From Adineta vaga (Eukaryota; Animalia; Rotifera), in the NCBI GenBank assembly GCA_021613535.1, contig CP075494.1, positions 7,626,001-7,690,000 on the forward strand: DNA of 64,000 nucleotides. Reading direction: 5' to 3'. How positions within the stretch are numbered: the first letter of the stretch is position 1; every line of letters starts with the position of its first letter. The position numbers were made by a program, and so were the translations under genes. Shown here piece after piece: positions 26,564-41,600 of the stretch. The notes below the pieces were generated by a model, which was not told the DNA's origin, did no database searches, and saw only the letters and a program-made list of their open reading frames with translations.

Positions 26564-26782
26564 TACTTGATTGATAAAGAAAAACAAGAGCGTTTGAAAA
26601 AAAACCAACGTGTACACACCTATTGCACGAAGGTGTTGTCAATTGGTATAAAAAAGAACCAATAAAATTTTCTCTTATAATGATTGGTAGTCCATTGTTT
26701 CTCATTTATATTTTCGGTTTTGGGGTCAAACTTTCATTCCTCTGATTTATCCTTTCGACAGGGCAAATTAACATCAGCAGTT
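26564..26782. promoter_or_regulatory. Probable bidirectional promoter between TOM70 and ACADM with three CCAAT boxes
   Basis: 219 nt between divergent ATGs; ATTGG 26642-26646, CCAAT 26659-26663, ATTGG 26683-26687. Confidence 0.6.
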
Positions 26783-28736
<1,954 letters not shown>

Positions 28737-30605
28737 ACACTTATTCGACTTGATTATTCTGTAATAACATTTGGCGCTTATTTGCTATGCAATTACGCAT
28801 GATTACTTTTTTTTCTTCTCTTTTTCTAATAGCGGTAGGCGTAGCCTGCGTTCTTTTCTTTTGAAAAGTATTCTTATTAATTCAACAGAAATAAAGAAAC
28901 ATTTATGATTAATCGATTTCATTAGATCAATATGTTTTTATTTATTGATTATCACATTCGAGAAAATAATATGGCGAATATTTTAATGAATTCTCTCAAA
29001 TGAGTATACTTTCATTTATTAGTGAATAATCTATTCCGTTTACATCATCGCTATATTCAAATGCGTTTTATTACTTCTGAAACAGACAGAAAAATCTAAT
29101 CTGACACCTCTCTGTCAAGTCAAATATTAATCAACGAAACACATCTGTTTCTATTTTGTAATCAGATACTAATCGATTTCAATCTATACATATAACTATT
29201 TGTCTTTTGGTTATGTGCGATCACATACTGTTTGATTAAACTTGTTATATTCATAACATAGTTGTCGTTATGTGTATAGAAAACATAATATGTAGAAATA
29301 ACTTAGACAGTAAAATCATTGTTTTTCATTGTGACTCGTGATATTTTGATTAAGGATAAAATAACGAATAAAAAGCAAAAAAAAAGCAATACCTCTATGT
29401 TTGTTGTCACCTATACAACAACATAATACTCTTACTGTGTGATTTTTACATATTACTTTTTCTCATTTTTCGACCAATATCGAACCCAGTAAGCACTTGT
29501 TTGACCTCAAATTTAAGTTTTGCTTTGCAATATTTATTACTCTTGAAACTTACGAATAACTATTGAATACCATTCATCATTCTCTTCATTTCTTTGATAT
29601 TTTAAAAGTTCGTCATCTATGGAAGTGGACGAGCAAGAGTCAGCCAGACCTTCGATTAGTCTAGATACTCTTCAAATACCAATATCCAATGAAATCGAAA
29701 TAGCTGATATAACAAGACAAAATTCCGTAAGTGGATCATCCGAATTTAAGTGAACTATACGTCAGTATATGCCCAAATCATGTATTCATAAAACTTCTGT
29801 TCTCTAACAGATGGATTTATAGTCGAGGCTGACGTGTCTTTTTAATAAAGAAAAACAAATGACTTGATTCTTTGTATGAATCATTGAAGACAAAGAAAAT
29901 TGCAAGTTATTATTATGGATGATGATGGTAATGATAACGTGTAAGCGTCCTACTCATGTACCGTCTTTTTTTCATATTTTACATATAGAAAGAAAAAAAT
30001 CAAGAGAAAAAAAGAGCACCCTCGGCAGATACTAAAAAGTGGTTTTCGTTCGAGCGCGACGGTTAAGTACACATAGGCAATATACTTCCAAAGATATTTT
30101 ATTTTCATGATACTCCTCTATACTACTTCTCATGTACATTTATGAAAAAATGCGAGAATCATCAACGTACGGCACGTACTTTTCTTTTTCTCTGGTTCTC
30201 TCTTGATTTCTCTACCGATTGTCCTTCGCAAATGGTGCACATTTGCACATCCAGATATTTTTTCCCGCGTCATTTCTTTGTAAGACTGATATTGTTTTCT
30301 CCATCGTTGACTACTACATCGATATGAGATACTGTGATCGATCACAAAGGGTAATCCGACTAGTTAGAAAGGAGAAATCGTCTTGTAATTGAGATATTGA
30401 TATCCTAAAAGGAGTTGTTGTTTATCATTTGTTTATATTAAAGCATTTATACTTCTAACAGAAAGACGAAAAAAAAGGCAGGTGATATTCTTGTTTGTTT
30501 TAACGGTACTAATTGAATGTATAGATAATATATACATATATTGACAACGATTTTCTTCGTCGATACGCTTCATTTATATATTCATAACGAGAAGCAAAAA
30601 GAAAT

Positions 30606-31857
30606 ATGTCTTCAGACGATCCACATGGTATTGAATCGGCAGGTGTAAGTTTTATGCTTAATATTTTCTTTCAAAATTATCTTTCGTTTCTATTCTTATA
30701 TATACGAAAAAATACTGATTCTATTATCTTGTCTTCATGTAGCCTGCTCTATTCGAACGAGACCGTGAAGGGTCGGAATCCGAACGACATGGTTGGAATT
30801 TTAAACAACGTTTACCTGTAGCCATGCGTCCTCCAGATCGAACAGTACGTGTTCTATCTTATGATAATTTTCAATCGATCATATTTTTTTGTTGTCTAGA
30901 GACCACCAAATTTTTTGTTGGACGCTCGATTTTATTCAATGAAGAAAACAGCTATGACTTTAATGTGTCTACTGGTAAGAAATCGACTCAAGTTAAAGTA
31001 GAATAGTCTAAATATAGACACGTATTTAATGTTTGTCACGATCTTGATATTAGCAGTCATTGACGTCGTTTCAATATTAACCTTGCATATGATGCAATTG
31101 AATAGCGTCGATATAATAATTATGATATTATCAATAGTCATAAAGAAAAGAAGATTGTTTTTTTTATTTGTAGAGAAAAAGAACTAATGTTTTCGTTTCT
31201 TTTTTTTATTATATTCCATTTCTTAGATGATTATCATGAGCAATAGTGTTCAATTAAAACATGTATTAAAACAAGGTTCACTACATTCATTCTATGGTAC
31301 TCAAGTTACATTGGGAATTATATCAATATTGATGTGTACTTCGATTGGTAAGTTCCATAGATATTTTTTCTTACTTATTTTTCAGTTCTTAACAGTTCAA
31401 TTTTTCTTATTCATTTCGTTAAATAAGTCGTAATCGTTTCCTACCTTCCCTTGACGGTTTCTAGGCTTTATTCAATTGTATACATTTCTCTTTACATGGC
31501 ATGATCATCTCCTATTGCCATCAAGTCTTACAACAAGTTTGACACGTTATGATCAACTTCTTATCGTACTTCCAGCGATTTTAACCATCATTCTATTTTT
31601 ATTTGATGCAATTTTTTTGACGATTATGTTTCAGTTTTAATAGAAAAAGAAAATAAATAGCTTTTTAGTTGGACATTATTCTTCGATTTCGTATTGTCAA
31701 ATATCTTCTTTTTTTAGGTGTGGTTTTAATGTATGTTATGCGAGTCGATTACAATGATCAATATAAACATTCGAAACTTGATTACATAGACAATTGTGTC
31801 ATATGTCTACTATTCATTTTGGGTATCTTTAACATTTTTATTACTGCATGCAGTTAG
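30606..31857 (+). CDS. Ninjurin-family membrane protein; exons 30606-30644, 30743-30845, ~30900-30974, 31227-31347, 31718-31857; alternative first exon 29619-29726
   Basis: Spliced translation FYSMKKTAMTLMCLLMIIMSNSVQLKHVLKQGSLHSFYGTQVTLGIISILMCTSIGVVLMYVMRVDYNDQYKHSKLDYIDNCVICLLFILGIFNIFITACS parallels NINJ1 (YASKKS...LLMANASQLKAVVEQG...YDLNNPAKHAKLDFLNN...VNIFITAF). Confidence 0.82.
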
Positions 31858-32683
31858 TACAATTATGTTTCGTTTCCCATTTTCAATATGATGTAGAATT
31901 TTAGGGTGTCTTTCGTTTCTTTTTTTCTCTTTGTTCTCTTTTTTGTTTATGGTTTATGTGTAGAGAAAACAAGAAATATACATAAAAAACACATTTGTAT
32001 TAAGAATAACTGTGAATTCTAAAGAAAAAAAAGTACTTTCTTTCATTGATGTATATTTTTGTTCGTGAATGTTATCTGATTATTTCAATTCATTTCACCG
32101 ATCATAAAATATGTATTTTAGTGGTTTTCTTGATATCATTGGTATGTACTATTTCTAACTAAATTACATATTTATCATAGTCAAGAAAGTATGCTCGATT
32201 CATTGTATCTTGGTTATAGTGCGTGTGGTATGAATGGTCTTCTTTTTATAGCTCACATTCATCATCGAATTTATACGAGTCATCACCACAATATGAATTA
32301 TCATCGTATCTGATTAGAATATCTTCTCCTCTTGTGAAATGTATTCAATCATCAGTTACTGAACTAGTTTCTAGAAAGTGATCTGCGCGTAGTACGAATA
32401 TATTTGATTCTATGGAAAGCGACATCTTTTGTTGAGTTTATTTTCTATTGGTTCAAGACATTTCATCCAATGAAAAAATAAGGTCTTCTCATTTGTATGT
32501 CTTTGTACTCATGTATTGAACTTGATTTAGCCGATGCATTCAATCTAATCTTATATTAGCTAACTGATCTATTCATTTCAAACTCGGAAAGTCTCATATG
32601 GTAGAGGTAGATTTTTACAAATAAGAAAGTCAATGAATATGTATTGTTTGTTTTGAATTATATCTATCTAGACAGATTCAAAC

Positions 32684-34293
32684 ATGGCATCAGCCAAAAA
32701 ATCAACAGCAACACCGAATCCATTGTTAAAAACATATGGCGAACGACCTGTTCCATTTCAATTTCCTGGTAATCAGGAAAAAATGTATATTGGATCTGAA
32801 GTATAATATTTCAAGTGACACTTTTTTCGATGTATACTAAATCTTAACTTTATTTTAGGTTGGCAATTATCTACGATTATTTCGTGGAACATTGTATAAG
32901 AAATATCCTTCATTATGGCGTCGAATGATTACATTAGAGGAACGTAAATGGTTAATCGAATTAGGCTGTTCAGAATCATCATTACCAACAAATTTAACAT
33001 TATTACGTGCAAATGAAGTAGATGAAATTTTAAATGGTGATGATGAAAAATATCGTGCCTTAACTTTAAATAGTGAATCAGCTACAACACGAGCGTATGA
33101 ATATCAATCAATCTTCTAGTTCTTTTGTAAAATAAAAACAATCATTTTCTTCTAGTGATAAATCAAAACGATCAACATGGGTACCATCATTTCCAACAAA
33201 TTCTCATCATCTCGATGCTGTACCAGCTGCAACACCAATCAATCGAAATCGAACAGCAACGAAAAAGAAAACATTTCCTTTATGGTAATTATCTTCAATT
33301 CTTCTCATTATTTATTTGATCATCTATGAAAAAAAAACACTTTAGTTTTGATTATACGGATGCATCATCTGCATTAGACAACTCTCAACAATCAGAAGAT
33401 CTTGTACCTATTCGATTGGATATGGAAATTGAAGGACAAAAATTACGTGATACATTTACATGGAATAAAAATGGTAAACATAAGCACAATATCTCAACTG
33501 AATATTTTGACTATATTTTGTTTCTAGAACAATTGATTACACCGGAAATGTTTGCAGAAATTCTTTGTGATGATCTAGATCTGAACACAATGGCATTTGT
33601 ACCTGCCATAGCACAAGCTATTCGACAACAACTTGAATCACATCATAATGATTTTCTCGAAGATAATAGTGATCAACGAATTACAATAAAAGTAGAGAAA
33701 TAGATCAGTTAGAAGAACATATCGTTAGATTTAAAATTGTTATGTTTTATTTTAGTTGAATATTCATGTTGGAAATGTTAGTTTAGTAGATCAATTCGAA
33801 TGGGATATGTCGGATAAACACAATAGTCCAGAAGAATTTGCTCGTGTATTAGCATCAGAATTGGGTAAGCAAGAATTAACCGATGACAAACGAAAGCTTG
33901 ATGAAAATTTTGTATGTATTCTTAGGACTTGGTGGAGAATTTGTTACTGCAATAGCTTACAGTATTCGAGGTCAACTAAGTTGGCATCATAAAACTTTTT
34001 CCTATAGGTAAGCAAAGATAAATTCTATTGTCGCGAAATATTCCAAAGTATTTTTGTTCTAGTGAAACGCCAATGCCAACTGTTGATGTTGCTACACGAA
34101 CAAATCATGATGCTGAACAATATTGTCCATTTTTGGAAACACTTACAGATGCAGAAATGGATAAAAAGATTCGTGATCAAGATCGAAATACAAGGTATTA
34201 TCATATTTTATTGAATATTAGAAATTACAGTTTCTTTTTGAATTTATTTCTAGACGTATTCGTCGTCTGGCTAATACTGGTTCAGCTTGGTAA
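32684..34293 (+). CDS. SMARCB1: SWI/SNF subunit SNF5/INI1, multi-exon
   Basis: KTYGERP...[105 protein letters not shown]. Confidence 0.97.
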
Positions 34294-34525
34294 ATATAAT
34301 TGTATCTAACATTTTCTTCTTATTGTTGTTCGTTTGTCTTTGTCAAATTTTCTCTATGAATAAAAAGAAACTTAATATAAGTATAGCGAGGAATGAATAT
34401 TATTGTGATTTTATCAAAGGAAACTCATATATTTCGTTCAATGTTAATGAATTCTATTCTATAATAAATTTAATACAAGCAAAATAAGTAAATTCTGTGC
34501 TATAAATATCGATTATGAAACTTGA

Positions 34526-35017
34526 TCATTGTCCTTGTTTAGTATTGATAATTTCTCGTGTTAAATAACGTTCGAATGAAGGAACTATACGTGTATATGA
34601 ACTGTGAATATACGGTGAAGTAAATAGAAAATCTGCTGTTGATACATTACATGCCATTGGTATATTCCAAACACTTGCTAATCGAGTCAAAGCTCGAACA
34701 TCGGAATCATGTGGTTGTGCTTGAAGTGGATCTGCCAGAAAGATTAACATATCAATACATTGTTCAGCTATTTTCGCACCTAATTGTTGGTCACCACCTA
34801 ATGGTCCCGACTTATACTTAATGACTGGTATACCTAAATTTGATTCGATTAATTTTCCAGTTGTACCAGTCGCATGCAATTCATGTTTGATCAATTCATC
34901 ACGATTTCGTTTCACCCATTCGAGTAATTCACCTTTTTTATTATCATGAGCAACTAATGCAATGCGTTTTCTTTCACCGATTTGAAATGTTTGATCATTA
35001 GATTGATTTACAGACAT
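34526..35017 (-). CDS. mgsA: Methylglyoxal synthase, bacterial type, intronless CDS (candidate horizontally acquired gene)
   Basis: 163-aa ORF with IALVAHDNKK, ATGTTG, SGPLGGDQQLGA, DPLQAQPHDSDVRALTRLASVWNIPMACN.STADF; all hallmark MgsA motifs present. Confidence 0.95.
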   Translation of the reverse strand: MSVNQSNDQTFQIGERKRIALVAHDNKKGELLEWVKRNRDELIKHELHATGTTGKLIESNLGIPVIKYKSGPLGGDQQLGAKIAEQCIDMLIFLADPLQAQPHDSDVRALTRLASVWNIPMACNVSTADFLFTSPYIHSSYTRIVPSFERYLTREIINTKQGQ

Positions 35018-35642
35018 CTAAAATGATTTTCTGAAGATAATTGATTTAGTCTGATTCTGATTCTGATTCCATATAAATCAATTCGTAAACTCAATCGTTA
35101 TTATATTTATTATCATATTTTTCTGTATTTGAAGAAACGATTTTTTGTATAGAATTTCTTATTGAGAAATCTATATTAGAAAATTGTAGGAATAATCAAG
35201 ACATGAATGATAGTGTATCATTTTGTTGTTATTCTTTAAGTCTGTTACAAAAATCATCAGCAATGGCCAGCTAGTTTTTCTTATATATCAGCGATATCTT
35301 TTTTCCAAAACGATATCGTGTTCTTCTTCTTCGGTTCGGTTATCTATCTATTAATAGATCGACAAGTCTCATTCTCATCTCCATGTAAAACTGATTGACA
35401 AATCCATCCTTTTTCCTTTTTGTTGTACTTATTATTGTATTGGTTCAGATTTTAATCCAATCATTGTCAAGGAAATATTTGTAATCTGATGACTAATAAA
35501 TCATCAAATGCTTATATGTTCTTATATTCTGTTCTGTCTTCTTCCGAAACCTGTTTTTTCTATTAATAAAAACCTATATTGCAACAATCGAATTATATAT
35601 ACAGTGAGCATTTGTTTTTGTCTATAAAAAGAATCCTAGTAG

Positions 35643-38600
35643 ATGGCAGAGATATCATCAGCAACAGAGAATAAAACTCTTGGTGATTTTTATCAGAATG
35701 TTACGTCAAAAGAACCAAGTATACGATTAGAATGCTTTCCAGCAATGGAAAACTTTTTATTGAACAATGAAACATCACTTGATTGTGATGATCTACCTGG
35801 TTTTATTAATGGGTTGATCAAATGGATTGAAGGCAGTAATTTTCGAGTAGGAGTTGTTCTGTATGGTTGTTAATAAATATTTGAGATTCTATTTAGATTG
35901 CACATAATGGATTGCGAACGTTAGAAATGCTTATCGATCGATTAGATTCGAATGAATTTGGAAATTATGTTGAACAAGGTATTTAAACATTGTTTTTTTT
36001 CTTCGAAAAGAAAAACATGTATGTTTTATGTAGTTACATCTGCAACAGTTGATCGATTGGGTGATTCTAAAGATCAAGTAAAATTATATATTTCTTCAAT
36101 CAAATATAAACATAATAACTCTACTTAGGTTCGGGAAGCTGCATCTAATCTTCTAATTAAACTTATGACTACTTATACTGTTCAAGTAATGACTCATTCT
36201 AATTTGTATATATGCATGATTTTATTCGTTATAGCGTATTTGGGATTTAATACAACCATTAGTATTTGATAGTAAACAATTTCGTATCAAAGAAGAAAGT
36301 CAACGTTTATTAATACGATCATTAGATGAGTATGTATTTTATATAGTATAACAAATGTGGAAAGAAAAAGAATAAGATCTTATCTTTCCAATCGACCTTT
36401 TAATCTTCCTAAAGGAATCATAATCAACCTTTTTTTTCTCATACCCCGGATTATTTGTTATTGTAACAATTGACTGAATTCTTTTCTACATAAAGCAATC
36501 ATTTCAATGATAAACAAACATATGTTTGGATGCTTTATAATTGAGCATATACAATCAACTATTACAATTCTTTTTCTTGTTTTTTTGCTCATACTCATAG
36601 ATACGTTTGTATATGTCTGCGTCCTTCTGTCATCATTAATAAAAAAAAGGATATAGTGAAAGAAATGTAAGGACAGCTGTTGAACGGTCAGCAACTATGG
36701 GAAGTATCAAACATTACAAAAGAACGAAAGAAACAGAAAGAGAGCGAGAGAGAGAGAGAGAGAGAGAAAAGATGCTATTGTGACTATCTAATAGAATGTA
36801 TTAAAAGAAAAGCTCTTATGTACACTTCTTCATTTCTTCTATCATACGATCTATGAGAGTGTTGGAGTAGCAAAAAAGAACTCAAGATTATTACATTAAT
36901 AATCAATCAAAGATGACAACGATAAAACGTACTTCAATCATTGAGTAAGTTCATCAGCAGAACTTTGTTATTGTCATTGTATCTCTGAACATTTTCCTTT
37001 TATATGAAAAGGCTAATTCAATAAAAATGTAAGAGATTGATCTTTGCATACTAATGAGTCATTAGAACATTGACATCATGTCTTCATTACAGCTTTTTTT
37101 CGCAATCAAATTGAAAACTAAATATACTTTTATAACTACATACCTTGACTCTTGTTCGTTCAAGCACGAATATACAAGTTCATTGATGAATATACATATA
37201 CGTATAGATGTGTATGCATAGGATGAGAGACATCGTACTGTGTGTAACATACAAACAGATAGAGATATAATGATTGTTAGAGTCTATTACGCAAGATGTA
37301 AATGACATATTTCTCTCGTTAACGATCGCCATCGCCTTTCCTTCTGTCTATTTAATCCAACTGAGTGTTATTATTTAGTGGATTTCGATCTTTTCTTTGT
37401 CTTGTCGTCTATAGTGAGTTACTTTCGACTGAATTAATTTCCCTGGTCAATAGGCAAGAAAGGATTAGAAATTATAGTAGTGTTATCAATATATTGTCGA
37501 GTTGATATGAAACGTACCTCGCCTACACAGATCATTAATAAGTAAGTAAATTAGGAATAGATCAGATTTCTGTGAATATTTAATTCACATTAAAATCATG
37601 AAATAATGACATTTTGTTTTCTTCTAAAAGGTTTGGTGCATCAACAATACAGTTGAGTAAACTTGTCCCATTGATATGTAAACTTGTATCAGATTCGAAT
37701 GGTGCTGTAAGTATTTGATTGATGACGTAAAGTCGATGATTTGTTATGATTTATCAATAGGTTCGTCAACAAGCAATTGATACTCTTGTGGAAATCTATC
37801 GTCATGTTGGAGAAAGAATACGTGGTGATATTGCTAAAAGAGATATTCCGGAAGCGAAGTAAACTAAGATTAATTGTTATTGAACTTACTTGAAATTATA
37901 ATCATTTTAGATTGAAACAACTCTATGAAAAATTTGATGATGTTATTGCAACTGGTCGAATGATTGCTAAAGCATCTGATTTAACTGATGATAGTAAGTT
38001 ATATATTGTAAATGTTACGTGTTCTTTACTATTGAATCGTTGACTTTCTTTTTTTTGATTATTAATCAAACTGAAAGATCATACTTGTATTAACTCAGTT
38101 ATCGAAAATGTAACGATAGAAATGATGATAAGATGATTGGGAGATATACGAAAAGAAAGTGCAAAACGAGGGAGGCATACATTGAATGTGTACCTATATA
38201 TATATATACATATGCAAGTCACAACGTACGTTAGTATCGTACTTGAACTTATCGAAATTGAATAGGTACTTGCTTGAATTGAAGCAATGGATTCATCTTT
38301 ATTTGAACGATTTCTTGGTACATCATCTACTCATTTTCATTTACCAACATTAAATGAAGAAGAAAATGATGAAGTTTATCCGTTACTTCATATTGAATTC
38401 TGTCGATTAAATAAAACGAGACAATTATTAATAGGTATACAAAAAAGAAAAATTAAATTTCAAATGCAAAGTTTTCGTTCTATTTACTCTCATTTTCTTT
38501 GCATTTACCCTTTGTTTCTTTATCGAATTGTAATCGATTCGTTGAACCTAGAAATTGATTTCTCTTTCATCTCTATTCTTTCTTTCTACACGTGTACATC

Positions 38601-41600
38601 TATCAATGCTTCATTTTCTTTTTTTTCAATTCCATCTAAGGTATCGATGATCGTTTATATGTACATGTGTAATTTTCATTGATATTCAAATTTGATCAAT
38701 AGTCAAAAGAATAAGAGAAAGAACGAAAGAGCATATCAGTCATAGAGATGTTTTTAGCGAGTAAACCCCGTAAGATCAAAATTGATTTGTAAATTTCGTT
38801 TCTTTTTTGTAATAAAAATGATCTATTTTTAGCTCGACCCAAATCATCAACAACTCGATCTCGATTGAATTCAGATAGTAGTACAACATCAATTCGTTCA
38901 CGACCAAGTGGAGGTATTCCAACACGAACGACTTCATCCATTTCTGCAGGTAATTTAAATGGAAACTCATGAAAATTAGAAAATATTCGAGACATAACTA
39001 AATATAGTTTCATCATCTAATAATTCTCGTATTCGTTCATCTTCGAGTATATCTCGCCCACATGCATCTGCAACAATAACAACAACAACAGGAGGTATTA
39101 TCATTATTATCTCTTGCTCTTCTTCGTGTTGTCCGATATCTGTATTAGTCGTTTTTCTAACACGTGTTTCTATTATTGTTGTTTGATTCAGTCATATGTA
39201 CATTTATTGCATGATGATGTAAGATATATTGATCATGCAGAGAACAAGATGTTTGATGTAGTAAAGAATATTAAAACGAGATAATTGAATTAAATGAATT
39301 GTAAGAGAAATCTTTTTGTTTTTAGCTGCTGCCAGTGGTGCTGTTGATGAAGCACTGTTTGAAGATGCATTCAATTCATCTCATGCAATGTCGGTAAGAA
39401 TGATAACTTTGACCTATTGTAATCTAAGATGAGAAAACATTTGCTTATATGTCAACTATCCCATCTGGCAAAGATATATATATATATTATCTCATCAAAT
39501 GTATTGAATCCTGAAGATATTTTCTTTGAATTTAAGATTTCATCGGGTAAAGATGTTGAAAATCAATTGTTGGCAGTTCGAGAAATACTTGCCGATACAA
39601 ATAATGATTGGGAGAAACGTGTTGAAGCAGTAAGAAAAGTTAATTTATTAATTTTATCACACATGTTTATTCAATTTAGATCAAACGTTTACGTTCGATC
39701 ATATCCGGTGGTGGTGATCAATACGATGAATTTTTTCGGACACTTCGTCAACTTGATTTACCGTTAGTCGCAACTGTCAAAGATTTACGTTCACAAATTG
39801 TTCGTGAAATTTGCATTACACTTGCATTTATGTCAATACGTTTAACAAATCGTTTGGAACGAACAGTAGAATTTGTTCTTCCTGCGATGCTTAATCTTAT
39901 TCAAAATAGTGTAAAAGTCATGGCTACAAGTGGAACTGTTGCTTTGCGTTATATTATAACTAATACTCAATCGAGTAAACTTATTCCATTAATATTAGAT
40001 GGAAGTGTATCAAAATCGAAAGATATTCGAAGGTTAGTTGATATTTGTTCTTTCTTCCATTATTGATCACAAAAGATTTTGATTTTGTATTTTATAGACA
40101 AGCTTATGAGCTATTAGTTATTATACTTTCACAATGGAATTTTGTTTACCTGGAAAAGCATGGTCAATTAATGCATGATGTGATTAAAAAAGGTTTATCA
40201 GATGCTGATGCAGAAGCAAGATCAAATGCTCGAAAAGCATTTGGATCATTTCGTGAACATTTTCCAGCCATAGCTGAGACACTTCTTGCTTCATTGGAAC
40301 CATCAAAAAAGAAGACATTGATGGTTTGTTTCGAAATTAATAATGAAAGTTTTCTTCAATTAGTATTCATCATTAAAATAGGGTGAAATGAGCAATGCAT
40401 CAAGTACACATTCATTAGCAAGTGTTGGTAGTTCAAGAATACGTTCTGGAAAAGAGTTAGTAAAATTCAAAAGAAAATAAATTGTTTTGTATTGAATGGT
40501 TTGTTTCTTTTAGAACGGCATCAAGACAATTGAGAAGAGAAAGCATTGGTAAGACATCTAATTTTATTTGAAATTAAAAGAAAATCTGTTCGTTATTATT
40601 CTATTATTTAGAGAAACAAAATTCATCGAGTAATTTAGCTCGTTCATCAAGTGCGAATGAACTCGCGCTACGACAGAAAAATTCTCTATCAAACAGTAAG
40701 TTATGACACTATTTCGATGAATCAATTCGAATAATATTATTCTTTCAAGGTTTAAATTCAACTGGTATTCCAACAAAAACAAGTAAAGATTGATCACGAA
40801 GATTTGATTGTATGCTCTATATAAATGATTTAGGTCGAACTCGATATCTTCCTCAACAATCGAATGTAGCAAAATCTGCTTCAACAACATCAGCTCGTCC
40901 ACCACAAATTGTTTCTCAATCTCAACCTGGTAGTCGTTCAACATCACCAAATTCATTACGACTATCTTATCTTTCATCGTCATCACGTACACCGACGAAT
41001 GCTCGTGCACGAATACCAATTAGTTCAAATGGAGGTTCAAGAATATCGAGTCGAGAATCAAGTCCAGGACGAACAAGTACGTTTGGAATTCTTTTGTGTT
41101 CTTTTTCACTTTAATTCATATGTGAAAGTGAGATATGTCATTATCAAATACTGAGACATTTTTCAGCTTTGTCTATCAATGGTGTCAGTGGTAATAGACG
41201 TCGATCAGGACGTAAGTTTTGTAGGATAAATATATGTTGTGTGTTAATATCTTAGTTGTGATTTCTTGATTAATAGGATTTCTTAATTAACATGATAGCA
41301 TTTATTATTTGAAATTGAAATGATTATATTTATATTTTAGGATCTTATGGTTATCGAGGACCAGGAAGTGATTATGGTGATCATGGAGGTCAACGTCGTG
41401 TTAGTGGTTCTTGGTATGGTGATAGTGGTGATGATGCATCAGAAACATCAAGTATCTGTTCAGAAAGATCATTGGAAGTATGTTTACAAACAATGATAAT
41501 CTTAATGAATTGATCTATGAGAGAAAATCATGTATTTGTTTTTAGGATATTGCTGATGTTTTACGTCGTATGTCAAGTAATGAATGGGCTGAACGAAAAG

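Noticed and set aside
32122-32313. Possible further ninjurin downstream exons
   Set aside because: Splice-like signals exist but no phase-consistent long open frame could be built with confidence
34526-35017. mgsA as bacterial contamination
   Set aside because: Contiguous with intron-containing metazoan genes, host-like composition, no operon context; long-read confirmation still desirable
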